This document shows, in pieces, positions 52,901 through 64,000 of a DNA stretch of 64,000 nt. The first letter of the stretch is position 1, and each line of letters starts with the position of its first letter. Under the pieces are notes generated by a model. The model saw only the letters and a list, made by a program, of their open reading frames with translations, searched no databases and was not told where the DNA came from. This DNA is from Mytilus trossulus (taxonomy: Eukaryota). The stretch lies in NCBI RefSeq assembly GCF_036588685.1, contig NC_086375.1, forward strand, positions 68,076,001 to 68,140,000, given 5' to 3'. A program made the translations under genes and the position numbers.

Positions 52901-54052
52901 TCTTTCGTTAAAAAACCCCGAATGGTAAGCTACATGCTTTATTAATTTAGGTCAAATTTTTTTGTACGACGTTTTAAGACGCATTGATATAAATTGTCCG
53001 GCCTTATTCGTGAAACAATATGACAGTAAAACAGGACCCATCCATCAGAAGTCACCAAACAACATTTGATGTGTCCAACACGACAGTGAAGGCCTCGTTG
53101 ATGCCATAATCCTCCTTATTTATTGCAATATTAGATAACACACAGACATGCATACATGTATACATGTACATTTAGTAGCATTGTCGGTACATGATAGGTC
53201 ATTTCAATTAAAATAAATAATGTGTGTTGGAATGGTCTTGAAATAATTACTGGTTGCTGTTATGAAACTGGCAAACCTCATTGTCTTCGTATACAACTAG
53301 AAAGGTGACAAAAATAAAGTGTATTCAAATTTCAAAGGGAACCCAAACTGATTTTTTTTTACAATTTGGTACAATCGTTTAAATATTGCGAATAAGATAG
53401 AATTAATTGTCTTCATATTTATTTAATTTGTTTACGTCGATACTATTGAGGAAAAAAGATACAATCAAAAGTTGAAACGGCCTTCCTTTTTTTTCTATTT
53501 TGAAATAACAACAAAATGATATTCATTCAAGAACGAGATTTAGAGCGCGTCGCTTGAAAAATACCAACCTGTATTCAGAATAGAAGTTATGGATATTATC
53601 GGTAATTATATATATATATAATAACGAAAATTGAGATCATTTTGCAGACTTGTTCGTCAGGTGTCAAGTATTTATCATGCAGTGTGTTGTAAAAAATCTA
53701 TGTATTTTTTTTTCTTTTTAAAAAGATCCGATACATGGTCAAGAGGGTATAAAAACCAGATTATGAAATATTATTTTCAAACTGGATTGTTTAGATGGGT
53801 TTTCATTAGTATCTTTTAACATCTCATGACACCACAGTTAATTATATTTTCTGAATAATAATTCTTACCTCTTCTCCTTTTCCACAGTATAAAGAAAATA
53901 ATTCCAAATATCAGTAAAACAACAGCTAGTGTACTAAAAACACTAGCCACAACTATAACAGCAACACTTGGTTGTCCACTACACTCCTGACACTGCACTA
54001 TTCCAAATAAAAGAATTACAACTAAAACGCATAAAATATTAAATCTCCACAT
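14795..54052 (-). CDS. Type I single-pass membrane protein with a cytoplasmic periaxin/AHNAK-family PDZ domain and long disordered tail; complement(join(14795..16986,17706..17850,28291..28419,39680..39708,48058..48198,53869..54052)), about 939 aa
   Basis: Six exons with canonical AG/GT sites whose phases chain (1,1,0,0,1) into a 2820-nt open frame. Signal peptide MWRFNILCVLVVILLFGIVQC; TM VAVIVVASVFSTLAVVLLIFGIIFFILW followed by KRRR; PDZ GLGFNIAGSMRDGIFVSQVHNRGPAVESGQFKVGDRILSVTISFENMVYEDALTILSYASPYPVRVTLQK. Confidence 0.8.
17706..17850 (-). CDS. Gene 2 exon: N-terminal half of PDZ domain (GLGF loop)
   Basis: DPEVSSVWLQSQDFIGLGFNIAGSMRDGIFVSQVHNRGPAVESGQFKVG; ttttcag acceptor and gtatgt donor. 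Confidence 0.92.
18007..20327 (+). mobile_element. 5'-truncated non-LTR retrotransposon (L2/RTEX-like) with RT ORF 18305..20119
   Basis: RT motifs YRGITL, QNGFR, DFKKAYD, GLKQGCVLSPILF, YADD, YLG; C-terminal LRIETG..C..C..EDEKH...C; AATAAA at 20300 and a (GAATCT)3 tail. Confidence 0.92.
18090..18298. mobile_element. 209-bp MITE with TTAA target-site duplication (Kolobok-like) inserted in the LINE ORF
   Basis: TTAA at 18086-18089 and 18299-18302; TIRs ggtggtagacctaggttaagggtaataactc and (reverse complement) gggggtagaccttggtccagggagataactc. Removing it restores ...LFNKCFNLGKIP... Confidence 0.88.
28291..28419 (-). CDS. Gene 2 exon (SPKSSIGEGPSHKPWSSLP...SFDDTFFGV)
   Basis: ttttccag acceptor (an alternative in-frame acceptor lies at 28440); GTG|gtaagt donor; phase 0 to 0. 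Confidence 0.8.
29698..30137. repeat. 34-bp minisatellite, about 13 copies
   Basis: Unit caaatc(t/g)tattctacaatgtg(tg/ca)agtcttccaaa. Confidence 0.95.
31330..32310 (+). mobile_element. Degenerate non-autonomous element with internal core repeats (HINE-like)
   Basis: Recurring gaaccatgaaaatgaggtcaaggtca at about 31430, 31583, 31728 and 32105; (gccact)n near the 3' end. Confidence 0.6.
34277..34481. repeat. 30-bp minisatellite with palindromic core tgttacaatgtaaca, about 7 copies
   Basis: Unit gtgttacaatgtaacatttagtgtttaaca. Confidence 0.9.
34584..34708. mobile_element. Long imperfect hairpin (Crypton-like element core)
   Basis: About 54-bp inverted arms around the loop gctcggcacagcctcg. Confidence 0.6.
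38530..38750 (+). mobile_element. Solo 3'-terminal fragment of the Penelope-like family
   Basis: Matches 60040-60250 (acatgtggagcaggat.tg.ttac...ggagcac...tctttagttttct...catttttagccatg). Confidence 0.75.
39680..39708 (-). CDS. Gene 2 putative 29-nt micro-exon (ENVKPTPEKN)
   Basis: Pyrimidine tract with catcag acceptor; gtatgt donor. It supplies exactly the phase 1-to-0 bridge needed between the flanking exons. Confidence 0.6.
43196..43644. mobile_element. MITE with TIRs, containing a 48-bp retroposed insert
   Basis: Ends tggtcctagaccacaatt and aattgtggtcttggacca. Confidence 0.7.
46305..47368 (+). mobile_element. Internally deleted Mutator-like (MULE) DNA transposon
   Basis: TIRs (g/c)ggcac.ggacgtttgcgcttttt; 8-bp TSD atttttat; subterminal ggacatttgcgctt repeats; broken coding remnants WRCTVKNCNARIQT...H (FLYWCH-like) and FADYL..W...RTTNGPESFHAHYN. 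Confidence 0.88.
48058..48198 (-). CDS. Gene 2 exon 2 (juxtamembrane; DILKPQSTPIKKNRL...HTNPGFND...AEE)
   Basis: ttattatag acceptor; AAG|gtaaat donor; phase 1 to 1; open frame. Confidence 0.78.
51268..51535 (-). mobile_element. 3' end of a 5'-truncated LINE
   Basis: Minus strand encodes KLIQLLSVHNVKELNNLGKFLFNIEK, followed by a UTR, AATAAA and a (TAT)n tail. Confidence 0.6.
51543..51598. repeat. Three 18-bp repeats (taaagtgcga.gg), probable DNA-transposon terminus
   Basis: ctaaagtgcgatggtact-like unit repeated three times, ending in ggaacag. Confidence 0.55.
53869..54052 (-). CDS. Gene 2 first coding exon: signal peptide, short ectodomain and TM helix
   Basis: ATG at 54052; two hydrophobic segments; KRRR stop-transfer; GAG|gtaaga donor. 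Confidence 0.82.
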
Positions 54053-55049
54053 TTTAAAAAATAAAATCCAAAGAAATGAGCAATTCAAAATAAAAAATGA
54101 ATTTCAACAGATAAATCTACATCATATTTCCATGAACAAAAACACCTATATCTATCTCTGTACTCCTTAGCGAGATATGATCATATGTCATTCAAAGTTG
54201 TACGGTGAAACGAGTTCTTCACGGTCCCGTGAACTGTCTTGTTTACAATCCTCGTAAGTTCATATCAACCCCTTTCTACGTAACAATTATAAGAATTTGA
54301 CCCGTGGTCATAGTCCGTTGAACAAACTAATTAACAACTAATTACAAAGTTTTTGTAGTATACAAGGTAAAAGTTTTTGGCGCTCCCGTTTTGGTTTTCG
54401 TGTCATGTTTTTATCACAAAATTTGTTCTTCTATTTGTTGATATATTATTTAAATAACTGGAATTCCTCCGGTCTCTTCACATGTAAATATTGATCTATA
54501 TGCTAAGGTAGATAAACCGCATTCCTTTGAATTTACCTGTCTACAGGTGTAAAACAAACACAAGACTTCGTATGATAGTAGACAAACGGCTTTTTCGCGA
54601 CACTACGACAGTTTGATTTCTTGAAAGAAACGCCGACTTTTATCAAGAACATATTTTATCAATTCAATAAAAACAAAGGTTTTTCGAATAGCTTACCCAA
54701 ACGAAACGGTCATCTCATATATCACTGTTGTAATTTTATAGTTAGAAAAGAACATTTCATGTACATTTGCAATAACATTATTAATACTATTGTAGTTACA
54801 ATTGTCTACACCAAAAGCTCATTTTGAAAATTGATGTAACTTCAGTACTGCTGGGGGCCAAAACGTTAAAATCTCTTGTACACCAACTATAGCTCGAAAC
54901 AATGATAAAAAAAATACAAACTGTTCTAGTAAATCGTGGATTTTGTCAATGTATTTGATATAATACCACACAACTTACTTTGAATATAAATTAAAACAAA
55001 GTGATGCTCACTTATATAAATGACATACATGAAAACATAAAAACATAGC

Positions 55050-55592
55050 CAAATTATACTATTTGCAAACGACGCGCGCTGCATTATTTACAGGCTTATT
55101 ACCTGTATGCCGAAACGATTTTATTTAGCTTCAAGAAGACATCAACGCAACTGTCAAAACGGAAAAATACTGGCTCATGTCATTTCACCCGGACAAATAT
55201 TACAATGCGTATCAACAAAGAAAACACAAAGACATTTCTATATTACAACATGCATGGTCATATCCTAAAACATGCCAAATCAGGAAAATGTCTAGGCATT
55301 ACACTTTCTTCTTATCTCAAATGGAAATGGAACAAACATATACAACATTCAACAGCAAAAGCATATCAATCATTACCATTTGTAAATCGAAAAATAAAAA
55401 TAAAGTTAAATCAGCTAGGAGATGAAAGAGCTTGTAAAAAATTAAAGTAACACCAAATTTATAGTAATGTTGCACAGTTTGGGATCCAGACACTTTAGAA
55501 AACATATACAGACTGGAGCAAGTACAAAGAAGAGCTGCACGATATACTTGCAACAGATATCACAAAACCAGCAGTGTATCTGAAATGCAGCG
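55050..55592 (+). pseudogene. Degenerate CR1/L2-group LINE reverse transcriptase fragment
   Basis: Frameshifted LFAND..LQEDI..W.MSFHPDK..KCLGITLSS.L.WNKHI...VWDP...LEQVQRRAARY. Confidence 0.8.
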
Positions 55593-56289
55593 ATCTGCAC
55601 AAAGAACTCCTGGTATAATACAATTGAATCTACCGCGAACCTAAATTTTGATTTCTCTTTTTGCCATAACTATAATGAAAATAAATTTAACTGGCAGGTT
55701 GTCTTAAAAATGCCACAAATTAGTTTTTATCAAGCATTGGGAAAGCATAAGATTCCTGGAGTCATGGTGCGCACAGCACATTATTTGTTTTTGATTTCAA
55801 ACTCGACACTGAATTTAAAATTTTGATAATATAAAACTTATACAGATTAACATTGTATAAATTTATACTAAGTCTCAGAATTGAGAAAGGTCATTTTGAA
55901 GGAGTATTTGCTAATCGAAGAAAACTGGCTGTGTTGTCTCGTCATTATAGTATATTCAAGTTTGATTACTCAACGCGGTTGAAGATGAAGCTCATTTCCT
56001 ATCAACACACCCTTTATATAATAATATTAGACTGAGGACTATTTCGCAATAAAAAAAATCATAAATTTCAAAACTTGAGGAAATTGAACAAAGATGATCT
56101 TTTGATCTGGATATAAATGTCAATTTGTGTGATGACATGTAATTTAGGTTTCAAAAGTTGTTAAGCCAAGGGTTGAGTTGGGAAATAGGCTCTTAATTCC
56201 AAGAAAATGCCCCTTTCGGCATGAGTCTCATACATCCTCTGACAAACAAAATCTAACTCCAACCTTCCCGCGTGGTTTATCCTGGTACC

Positions 56290-56460
56290 TTTGATGACTA
56301 TTATCATCTGTAAACCTGATGGAACTATTCAACTGACTGGAAATGGGGCGAAGATGAGCCTCTTGTGCCTCAAAACCTCGGGCAGATGGACTCATCAACC
56401 TTTGAGGGTCGCCCATCTAGGAGAAGAAAACTCAGAACCTCCGCTGCCTTGTGGCCAAAC
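56290..56460 (+). mobile_element. Possible RTE-clade LINE 5' region remnant
   Basis: GC-rich gcagatggactcatcaacc...tctaggagaagaaaactc...aacctccgctgccttg resembles RTE 5' UTRs (recalled similarity only). Confidence 0.4.
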
Positions 56461-58375
56461 CCTTTTGCCAGGAAAAGACTTCAGGACACAATTTCGAGTA
56501 AAATTCTGATTAGGAATTTGTATCACCCTTACAGTCCTTTCAGGATCAGAACATTTGTTCCGAAGTTAAGTGAGGTTATCCGACAGAAAACCCGGAGTGC
56601 TGAAAACGGCGGTTTTCGGGTCATACAGCGAGCTCTAACACTTTTTATGATAAGAAATCGGGGATAGGAAGATACCCAAAACCAAATGAATGTCACTTTG
56701 ACAGTAAAACTTACTGTTGCAAAAGACGAAAAGATACTAAGGGAGCAATCAAACACAATACCGGGTACGTCAGGCAACATGCACACAACACAATGACCAA
56801 ACGAATGAAAAATGAAAAAAAAACCCAGACTAAAACAGCCTACAAAAAATCCGTGACACAGATATTGAGCAATATGGACCCCACCAAAACATTGAAGGAA
56901 ATAAGATAATCCAAAAGGATCAGTATGTGTTTTTCTATTATATTTTTCTCTCATCAAAATGAGAGTTGACGGTTATTTGTTCATATTTCTTATTGTGACA
57001 AAGGAGAAAAATCACAGTACAATACACAACCCCTCTTAAAAAAATAAATGAAATTGAATGAAACTTGAAGTGATTGATTGGTATCTATAGCTATTTCTAT
57101 TAGTAAGCGCTTGAACAAAATAAAGTTTGGCATCAGCTGATCTCCAGAATCAATGTCTCTATAGATCTATTCTAACCAGAATCAGGACGATTTTAAAGAT
57201 ACGCCCAACTAATGGCACACAAGATATTACATGGACTATTTCAGACTGTATACATTGATTGACTGTTGCTTGCATTTATCTAGTGAAAAATGCACATCGA
57301 AGACGAAAACAAAGCAACAACGACCAGCATATACAAAGACCAATTTGGATTGCCAACAGCAAATACGGTATGTTCGATATGCCTTTCAACGGTGAGCCTA
57401 TTTGACACATCAGAGATGCACGGGTTTTTAACGTGCATGCACTGTGCACGGATCATAGGATTAAATGCGATCATTTCTACAGGACGTGACTGCGCATTCA
57501 TACATCCTGAACAGCCAATCAGACATCCCACTCTAGCGATGGATTACTGCAGGACGGGAGAAGTTAAAGGATGATTTGTTTTTATTTCACCTTTGGGGTC
57601 TGGGTTGTATGAAATCGTTATATATAAAAGTATTACATCGTGCTGTAAGAGTCCTTATTATTAAACATCTATACCTACTTTTTGCCATTTTATAGCTGGC
57701 TAAACCTCTCACTTGTATGACAGTCGCATCAAATTCCAATATATTGACAACGATGTGTGAACAAAACAAACAAACATAATAGGTACAAATTTCATAAAAA
57801 GGGGTACAGCAGTCAACATTGTGTTATCCTTTTAATCACTATAAAACAAACAAATATATGTACAGAGCCACGTCATATGCATCAAGAAACACAAAAATGC
57901 ATATAGTCAAAGGACATTAGCAAAAATGAAAGACAAGAATACAAAAAATATTAGAACAATAACATAATGAGGGATAAATAAGTACCGAGTCACGTCTAAT
58001 GGGTATCATAAAAACAGACTTAACATTCATAAAGGCAAATAAAAGAATAATATAACACGTTATTAAGACGATGAACAACGTCAGTAACCAGAACCTATAC
58101 TTCAAGACCATCGTGTACTATATGTGAAGTTGTTACGGAGTATTATCAGCAAGGTCTTGATAACTTCCGATAAACTTTTTTATGAAAAGGACATACCTCT
58201 GGTTCATCAACTTTATGCTCAGACACAACTAGTTAAAACATATTTAAATATATTTATGAGACTCTTGTGGATTTGTACTCAAAATTCAATTTTGTACGGA
58301 CAATGAGTTCAGTTTAACAAAATTTGTAACATACTACAAATTTAAAATTTTGTCATACAAAATTGACTTTTGTTA

Positions 58376-60250
58376 CCTAAATCCATCAATTGGAAATACA
58401 ACTTTAAAATTTTTGATGGATTCAGTCGAGGATTATGCCAGGGCTAAGCGCGAGAAGGAAGACATTGACACTCTATCCGAATGGATTAAGGCAGTGAGGT
58501 CGTTAATACAAATCAGAACTAAGAAACTGAATGGGTCCATCAACGCCCATGCTAAGTCAATCTTTAAAGACCCAAATGTTGCTAAACACCTATACGACCT
58601 CCATGATAAATATGTTGTTGTCCCCGCAGACAAAGCCCCAAATAACATCGTTTTTGTCTGTAAAAGTCATTACATTAATTGCTTGATAAACGAATTAGGT
58701 ATAGACAATTCACTTGGAAACTCAACATATACCCTCACGACACTTACCAAAGAGGAAATCCTGGATAATCATAGGTCTGTTCTGTGTTCCTTTGGTATTT
58801 CAACTAAAGATGAAGAACTGAATCTTCCATCACTGTATTGGATACCTAAACTACATAATTGTCCTTACAAACAACAGTATATTGCTGGGTCTTCCAAGTC
58901 CTCCACGAAACATCTTTCTAAATTATTAACATCTATTTTATCAGCAATAAAAGACGGACTTCAAAGTTATTGTGAAACTGCCTATTCTAGAGGTGGCGTG
59001 AATCAGATGTGGATACTTAAAAATTCCAAAGATCTTTTAGAGTACATACAATCTAACTCTCTTTCATCTTGTAACAGTATTAAAACATTTGACTTTTCTA
59101 CTCTTTACACAAGTATTCCACATTCCAAACTAAAAGACAAATTAAAAGAGTTGGTATTACTTTGCTTCATAAAAAGAATGGCCAACGGAGATACAAGTAT
59201 CTTGTCTTAGGGAGGGATAAATCCTACTTTGTAAAGAATCACTCTGATTCAAACAAAAATTTCTCTGAAACTGATATTATCAAGATGCTTGATTTCTTGA
59301 TTAACAACATATTTGTTACGTCCGGATGACGTGTTTTTCAACAGACTGTTGGCATCCCAATGGGAACAAACTGTGCCCCTCTACTTGCTGACTTGTTTCT
59401 TTATTATTATGACGCTGACTCCATGCAGAAACTTCTTAGGAAGAAAAATAAGAAGTTAGCAATATCCTTTAACTCTTCTTTCCGCTATATAGATGCCGTT
59501 CTTTCACTAAACAATTCAAAATTTGGTGACTATGTGGAACGCATCTATCTCATCGAATTGGAGATAAAGGATACTACAGATACAGTTAAGTCGGCTTCAT
59601 ATCTTGACTTACATTTAGAAATTGACAATGAGGATCGGTTGAAGACAAAACTTTACGACAAAAGAGATGATTTCAGCTTTCCAATTGCGAACTTTCCATT
59701 TCTAAGTAGCAACATTCCAGCAGCACCTGCATACGGGGTATATATCTCCCAATTGATACGATAATCCCGTGCTTGCATTTCCTATCATGATTTTCTTGAT
59801 AGAGGGTTACTGCTTACAAGGAAGCTATTACACCAAGAGTTCCAAATGGTGAAGTTGAAATCATCCCTTCGTAAATTTTACGGACGCCATCACGAGTTGG
59901 TTGACCGTTATGGAATAACCGTTTCACAAATGATATCGGATATGTTCCTTGCGTCGTAACTACAATCCCCTTCCCTTTCATGAATGTGACCTACCGAATT
60001 AGACTATTTACCGGATTTGTAATCACATAGGCAACACGACGGGTGCCACATGTGGAGCAGGATCTGTTTACCCATCCGGAGCACCTGAGATCACCCCTAG
60101 TTTTTGGTGGGGTTCGTGTTGTTTATTCTTTAGTTTTCTATGTTGTGTCATGTGTACTATTGTTTTTATGTCTGTCTTTTTCATTTTTAGCCATGACGTT
60201 GTCAGTTTGTTTTGGATTTATGAGTTTGACTGTCCCTTTGGTATCTTTCG
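58376..60250 (+). mobile_element. Penelope-like element (Naiad-type, RT at the C-terminus), 5'-truncated and inactivated
   Basis: VPADKA, LYWIPKLH, TFDFSTLYTSIPH, GIPMGTNCAPLLADLFL, RYIDA (from YIDD), LYDKRDDF, YGVYISQLIR. Frameshift near 59175, in-frame stops near 59327 and 59762. No GIY-YIG after the thumb region. Confidence 0.88.
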
Positions 60251-60255
60251 AATAA

Positions 60256-61451
60256 TGGGCGACAAAAGTCAATTTTGTATGCAAATTAGTTAATTTTGAA
60301 TTCTGTGAACTAATTTGCATACAAAATCGACTTTTGTAACACAAAATTGATTTTTGTGAGACAAATTGACGCGACAAAATTGACAAAATTCAATTTTGTC
60401 TCACAAAAGTCAATTTTGCCTATTTTGTCTGACAAAAGTAACAAAATTGAATTTTGTGAGACAAAATTGAATTTTGTGTTACAAAATTAAGACAAAATTC
60501 AATTTTGTCAATTTTGTCTCACAAAAGTCAATTTTGTCGTCACAAAAATGAATGTTATCATCACAAAATTGAATTTTGTCATCACAAAATTGAATTTTGT
60601 CTAAACAAAATTGACTTTTGTGAGACAAAATTGACTTTTGTGAGACAAAATTGACTTTTGTGAGACAAAATTGACAAAATTGAATTTTGTCTCACAAAAT
60701 TGAGACAAAATTCAATTTTGTCAATTTTGTCTCACAAAATTGAATTATGTTGTCACAAAAATGAATTTTGTCGCACAAAATTGAATTTTGTCTTCACAAA
60801 ATCGACTTTTGTCTTCACAAAATCGACTTTTGTCTTCACAAAATCGACTTTTGTGTCAATTTTAAAGTCAATTTTGTCTCACAAAAGTCAATTTTGTCTC
60901 ACAAATGTCAATTTTGTCTCACACAATTGACCTTTGTGTTTTATTTTCCATATCAGGTAACAAAAGCCAATTTGTATGCAAATAAATTTATATTTGCATA
61001 CTTTTTTGACAAAATTGACTTTTGTCATGACAAAATCGAATTCGATTTTGTCTATCGATTTTGTCTACAAAAATGAATTTTGTCATCACAAAATTGAATT
61101 TTGTCATCACAAAATTGAATTTTGTCTGAACAAAATTGAATTTTGTCGTGACAAAATTGAATTTTGTCTGAACAAAATTGACTTTTGTGAGACAAAATTG
61201 GCTTTTGTCAGACAAAATTGGCTTTTGTCAGACAAAATTGACTTTTGTCAGACAAAATTGACTTTTGTCATGACAAAATCGAATTTTGTGACAAAATCGA
61301 ATTTTGTCTACAAAAATGAATTTTGTCATCACAAAATTGAAGTTCTCATAAAACAAGTCTGTATAACATAGTTTTGTAAGACAAACATGTCTTTGTTATG
61401 ACAGAATTGAATTTTGTACAAAACCACAAGAGTCCCTTCGGCGCCCCGTAA
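60256..61451. repeat. Array of about 20-21 bp palindromic units (acaaaattgaattttgt) in both orientations; probable foldback DNA element
   Basis: Dense repeats; terminus ggcgccccgta; a matching inverted segment lies at about 58260-58375. Confidence 0.85.
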
Positions 61452-61850
61452 ATACCACTACACAAGTAAACAGCTTCTACGTATTTCTGAAGACCCTCTT
61501 TCACGTTGGACAGAATTTTAGTCAATCTAATGGACAATTCTTTAGTCGTACATGCAGATGAGCCGGCAATGTAACGTTGTTTGCACGTTATTTTGTGAAG
61601 CATGGGTATCAAAAACAAACAATGTAAGTCCTCCGATTTGTTGTTTAATTTTATGTTCATTAAAGCCATGAAGGATTTATGCTTCGCCAAAATCTCATCC
61701 TTGTTAAATGGTTTGTTTTTTGTATGTGGCATTACCTGAGTGCTCAATTATCCCTAATTCGTTTACAAGACAATCGTACGGAGAAATATACTAATACAAT
61801 ATTATTCGAAGCTTTGTCCGCATGATACTTATTACATGATATACATTTCA
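61452..61850 (-). mobile_element. Second, diverged Penelope/Naiad RT fragment
   Basis: KDEILAKHKSF...LIPMLHK..KQRYIAGSSACTTKELS..LTKILS.VKEGLQKY parallels the 58750-58990 translation. Confidence 0.8.
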
Positions 61851-62164
61851 CAGCCCGCAGTCTTTGTCTCTGAAAACAGACTTTGGTCGATCAAACACAC
61901 AGTTTTTCAACTTATGAATGCAACGTTTTCAGAGACCTGATTGTTTTGTCCCAATCTGTATAGTTAAAGTAGAATAAAGCATGAACGATAAATGTAACAC
62001 TATCTCAACATTTTATGCTATAATGTTGTATATTGACATTAGAAGTCGTAGTGTTATGCATGACATAATGCCGTTGAGTTGCTGTCTCATTGACGTATAT
62101 AACAATGACTCTTTTTATTCAATTTCAGTTAAAAAAATCATGAAGAAAATATGTGTTGTGAAAA

Positions 62165-62189
62165 TGGACGGACGGACGGACGGACGGAC
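62165..62189. repeat. (GGAC)n microsatellite, probable HINE remnant
   Basis: ggac repeated six times. Confidence 0.8.
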
Positions 62190-64000
62190 CATGATTACAA
62201 TATTCTAATAGACAAACAAACTAACAATACCAGCTATAATGCAAGTATTTCCCTCAACGCCGTTGCAGTTATTTCCCTTTGATTACTGACTAGACTTTCA
62301 TAGTGTTGTACCAACAGGTCAATTACTATTTGGACCCAAACGGATAAAGGCCTCGATACCAGTGGTTAGATAACAGCTTCTAACTATACCCATGACGATG
62401 AAAAACAAAAAATGTCTAAAACATAATTGAATTTTGGAAGAAGAAAAAATCCACTAAAACAGATTCCATTTTGTAACACGCACGAAGCTCTATGTGCAAG
62501 CACAACTTTTTTTTAAAATTAGCAAGGACGTATGTTTTACCAATACACATCCTTATGTATGGTCAAAAGAAAAACGATAGATAACTTTTAATTAGCTTGC
62601 CACAATGAAACTTAAAGATTTCTAGGACATGCTTAACGACGGACCGGTTGTAGATATTATGTGATGGCAGTATATATGGAACCTCCGTTGGAACACAGAT
62701 GCAAATGATTACTGGAGAAAGTTCAAAATATCATGCAGATACCTTTTTGGGGATCCCAATAGACAAAACTGTTGTCAACTATATATATAGAGAGAGAGAG
62801 CGTGTTTCAGTTGATTATGGCCTTTTGATACAGTCTCTAAGTTTTAATTCTACTCAGTTAAAACAACATATTCTCCGTACCTGAATAACTTTTGTATATA
62901 AATGCAATCTACCATAAATATTATTTGATTATTATTCTTGTGATAGTTATAATATGATAACACACATCGACAGTACAAGCACACTCATACACACGTGCGT
63001 TCTCAATGAACTTCAGTGCTTAACTTCAAAATGATCTTTTCAATACTGAATATTCACACAATGTTACCAGATGATTCAAAAATCATTAATTTATTCCAAT
63101 TCAAAATGGCGATATTTGCATAGCACATATTGGAATAAATATTAGATGAATTCTATAACTGCAAATACACCAAACCGTTCAGTCATTAGCGACCAATACT
63201 AATAATAAACACGCTTAGCAAAAAAATACAAACAAATATTGTACATCAGAGGATATTATTAGATATGCGTAAGTAGACTTAGAAGCAGACGATATCAAAT
63301 CTGCTAAAGATTGATCGATCCTCTGTTCAGTCAGTGGTAGCGAGATTCCTTTACTTTAAGAAGAATGGCTCTAAAAGACATAATTAGCGACCAGAACAGT
63401 GTGCGGAGTGTTCTTTGAAAATGGTCGGTATAAGTACTTTATGTTGTTTTTCTGGATGGATTAATGTACCATTTATTTTATAGTATGCTACGGGAAAACC
63501 CATGTACATATAAACAACAGCTGATTATCATTTTCTGAAGCTTTAATGAGGTCTAATTAATCTCACTGATCACCGGAAGTTATTGAATTGCAAGGATGTG
63601 ATGGAAATAAGCAGACGAGAACTTGTTCCGAGGATTTACATAATAAAAATGCAAAATCTAAACACTCTAACAAGATGAGAAAAATTAACTTTAAAGGATG
63701 TAAAATGAAGTTACAACGAAAAATATCCACAAATAATTTTTGGAAAGTTGAGTGGAATATTGTTTAGTTTACCCCTTCAGTATTATATAGTTTTTGTGAC
63801 ATATGTTTCTATGAAATGTGATTTAAAAAGAATCTTAAAAGAGTTGCGAGATCTTGGAGATATATTGCTGTATTGGCATAATGATTATTGATGTGTAGTT
63901 TAGTTCTGCATAAGGATATGGCTCTAACGCCAAGATATAAGCAAAGAACTGAATCTTTGCCTAATGCATTACATGTTATGTTCGGTAATGGCCAAATCAA

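Noticed and set aside
57280-57574. 94-aa ORF with CxxC...CxxC, and an opposite-strand ORF
   Set aside because: No complete zinc-finger spacing, no convincing splice sites, and no recognisable homology.
59324-59332. In-frame TGA in the Naiad-type RT as a possible selenocysteine codon
   Set aside because: It falls where Gly is expected (F-G-G-R-V-F-Q-Q; a single GGA-to-TGA change), and this copy also has a frameshift, a TAA stop and YIDD changed to YIDA, so it is ordinary decay.
60700-61371. Several ORFs with 7-aa periodicity
   Set aside because: Products of the 21-bp palindromic satellite.

Overview
AT-rich, intron-rich animal genomic DNA. The repeat landscape suggests a bivalve mollusc, probably Mytilus-like (inference). 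Two convergent spliced genes can be assembled with GT-AG boundaries and consistent phases. (1) Plus strand, 5'-incomplete, six exons from 599 to 5414: the C-terminal part of a 3-hydroxyacyl-CoA-dehydrogenase-type NAD-binding Rossmann domain, fused through a linker to a C-terminal IAP/MDM2-like RING finger. The catalytic His and Ser are substituted and the dimerisation domain is absent, so it is a candidate metabolite-sensing pseudoenzyme E3 ligase. One of its splice acceptors is amplified six-fold by a 71-bp tandem repeat. (2) Minus strand, six exons from 54052 to 14795, about 939 aa: signal peptide, tiny ectodomain, one TM helix, a cytoplasmic PDZ domain with the periaxin/AHNAK signature, and a long acidic Ser-rich tail carrying a PPxY motif and a C-terminal T-D-C. 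The rest is transposon-derived or satellite DNA: a three-level nested insertion (Helentron-type element, LINE, TTAA MITE), an internally deleted MULE with TIRs and TSD, Naiad-type Penelope RT relics, CR1/RTE fragments, Crypton-like hairpin elements and several minisatellites. No rRNA, tRNA or CRISPR array was recognised.
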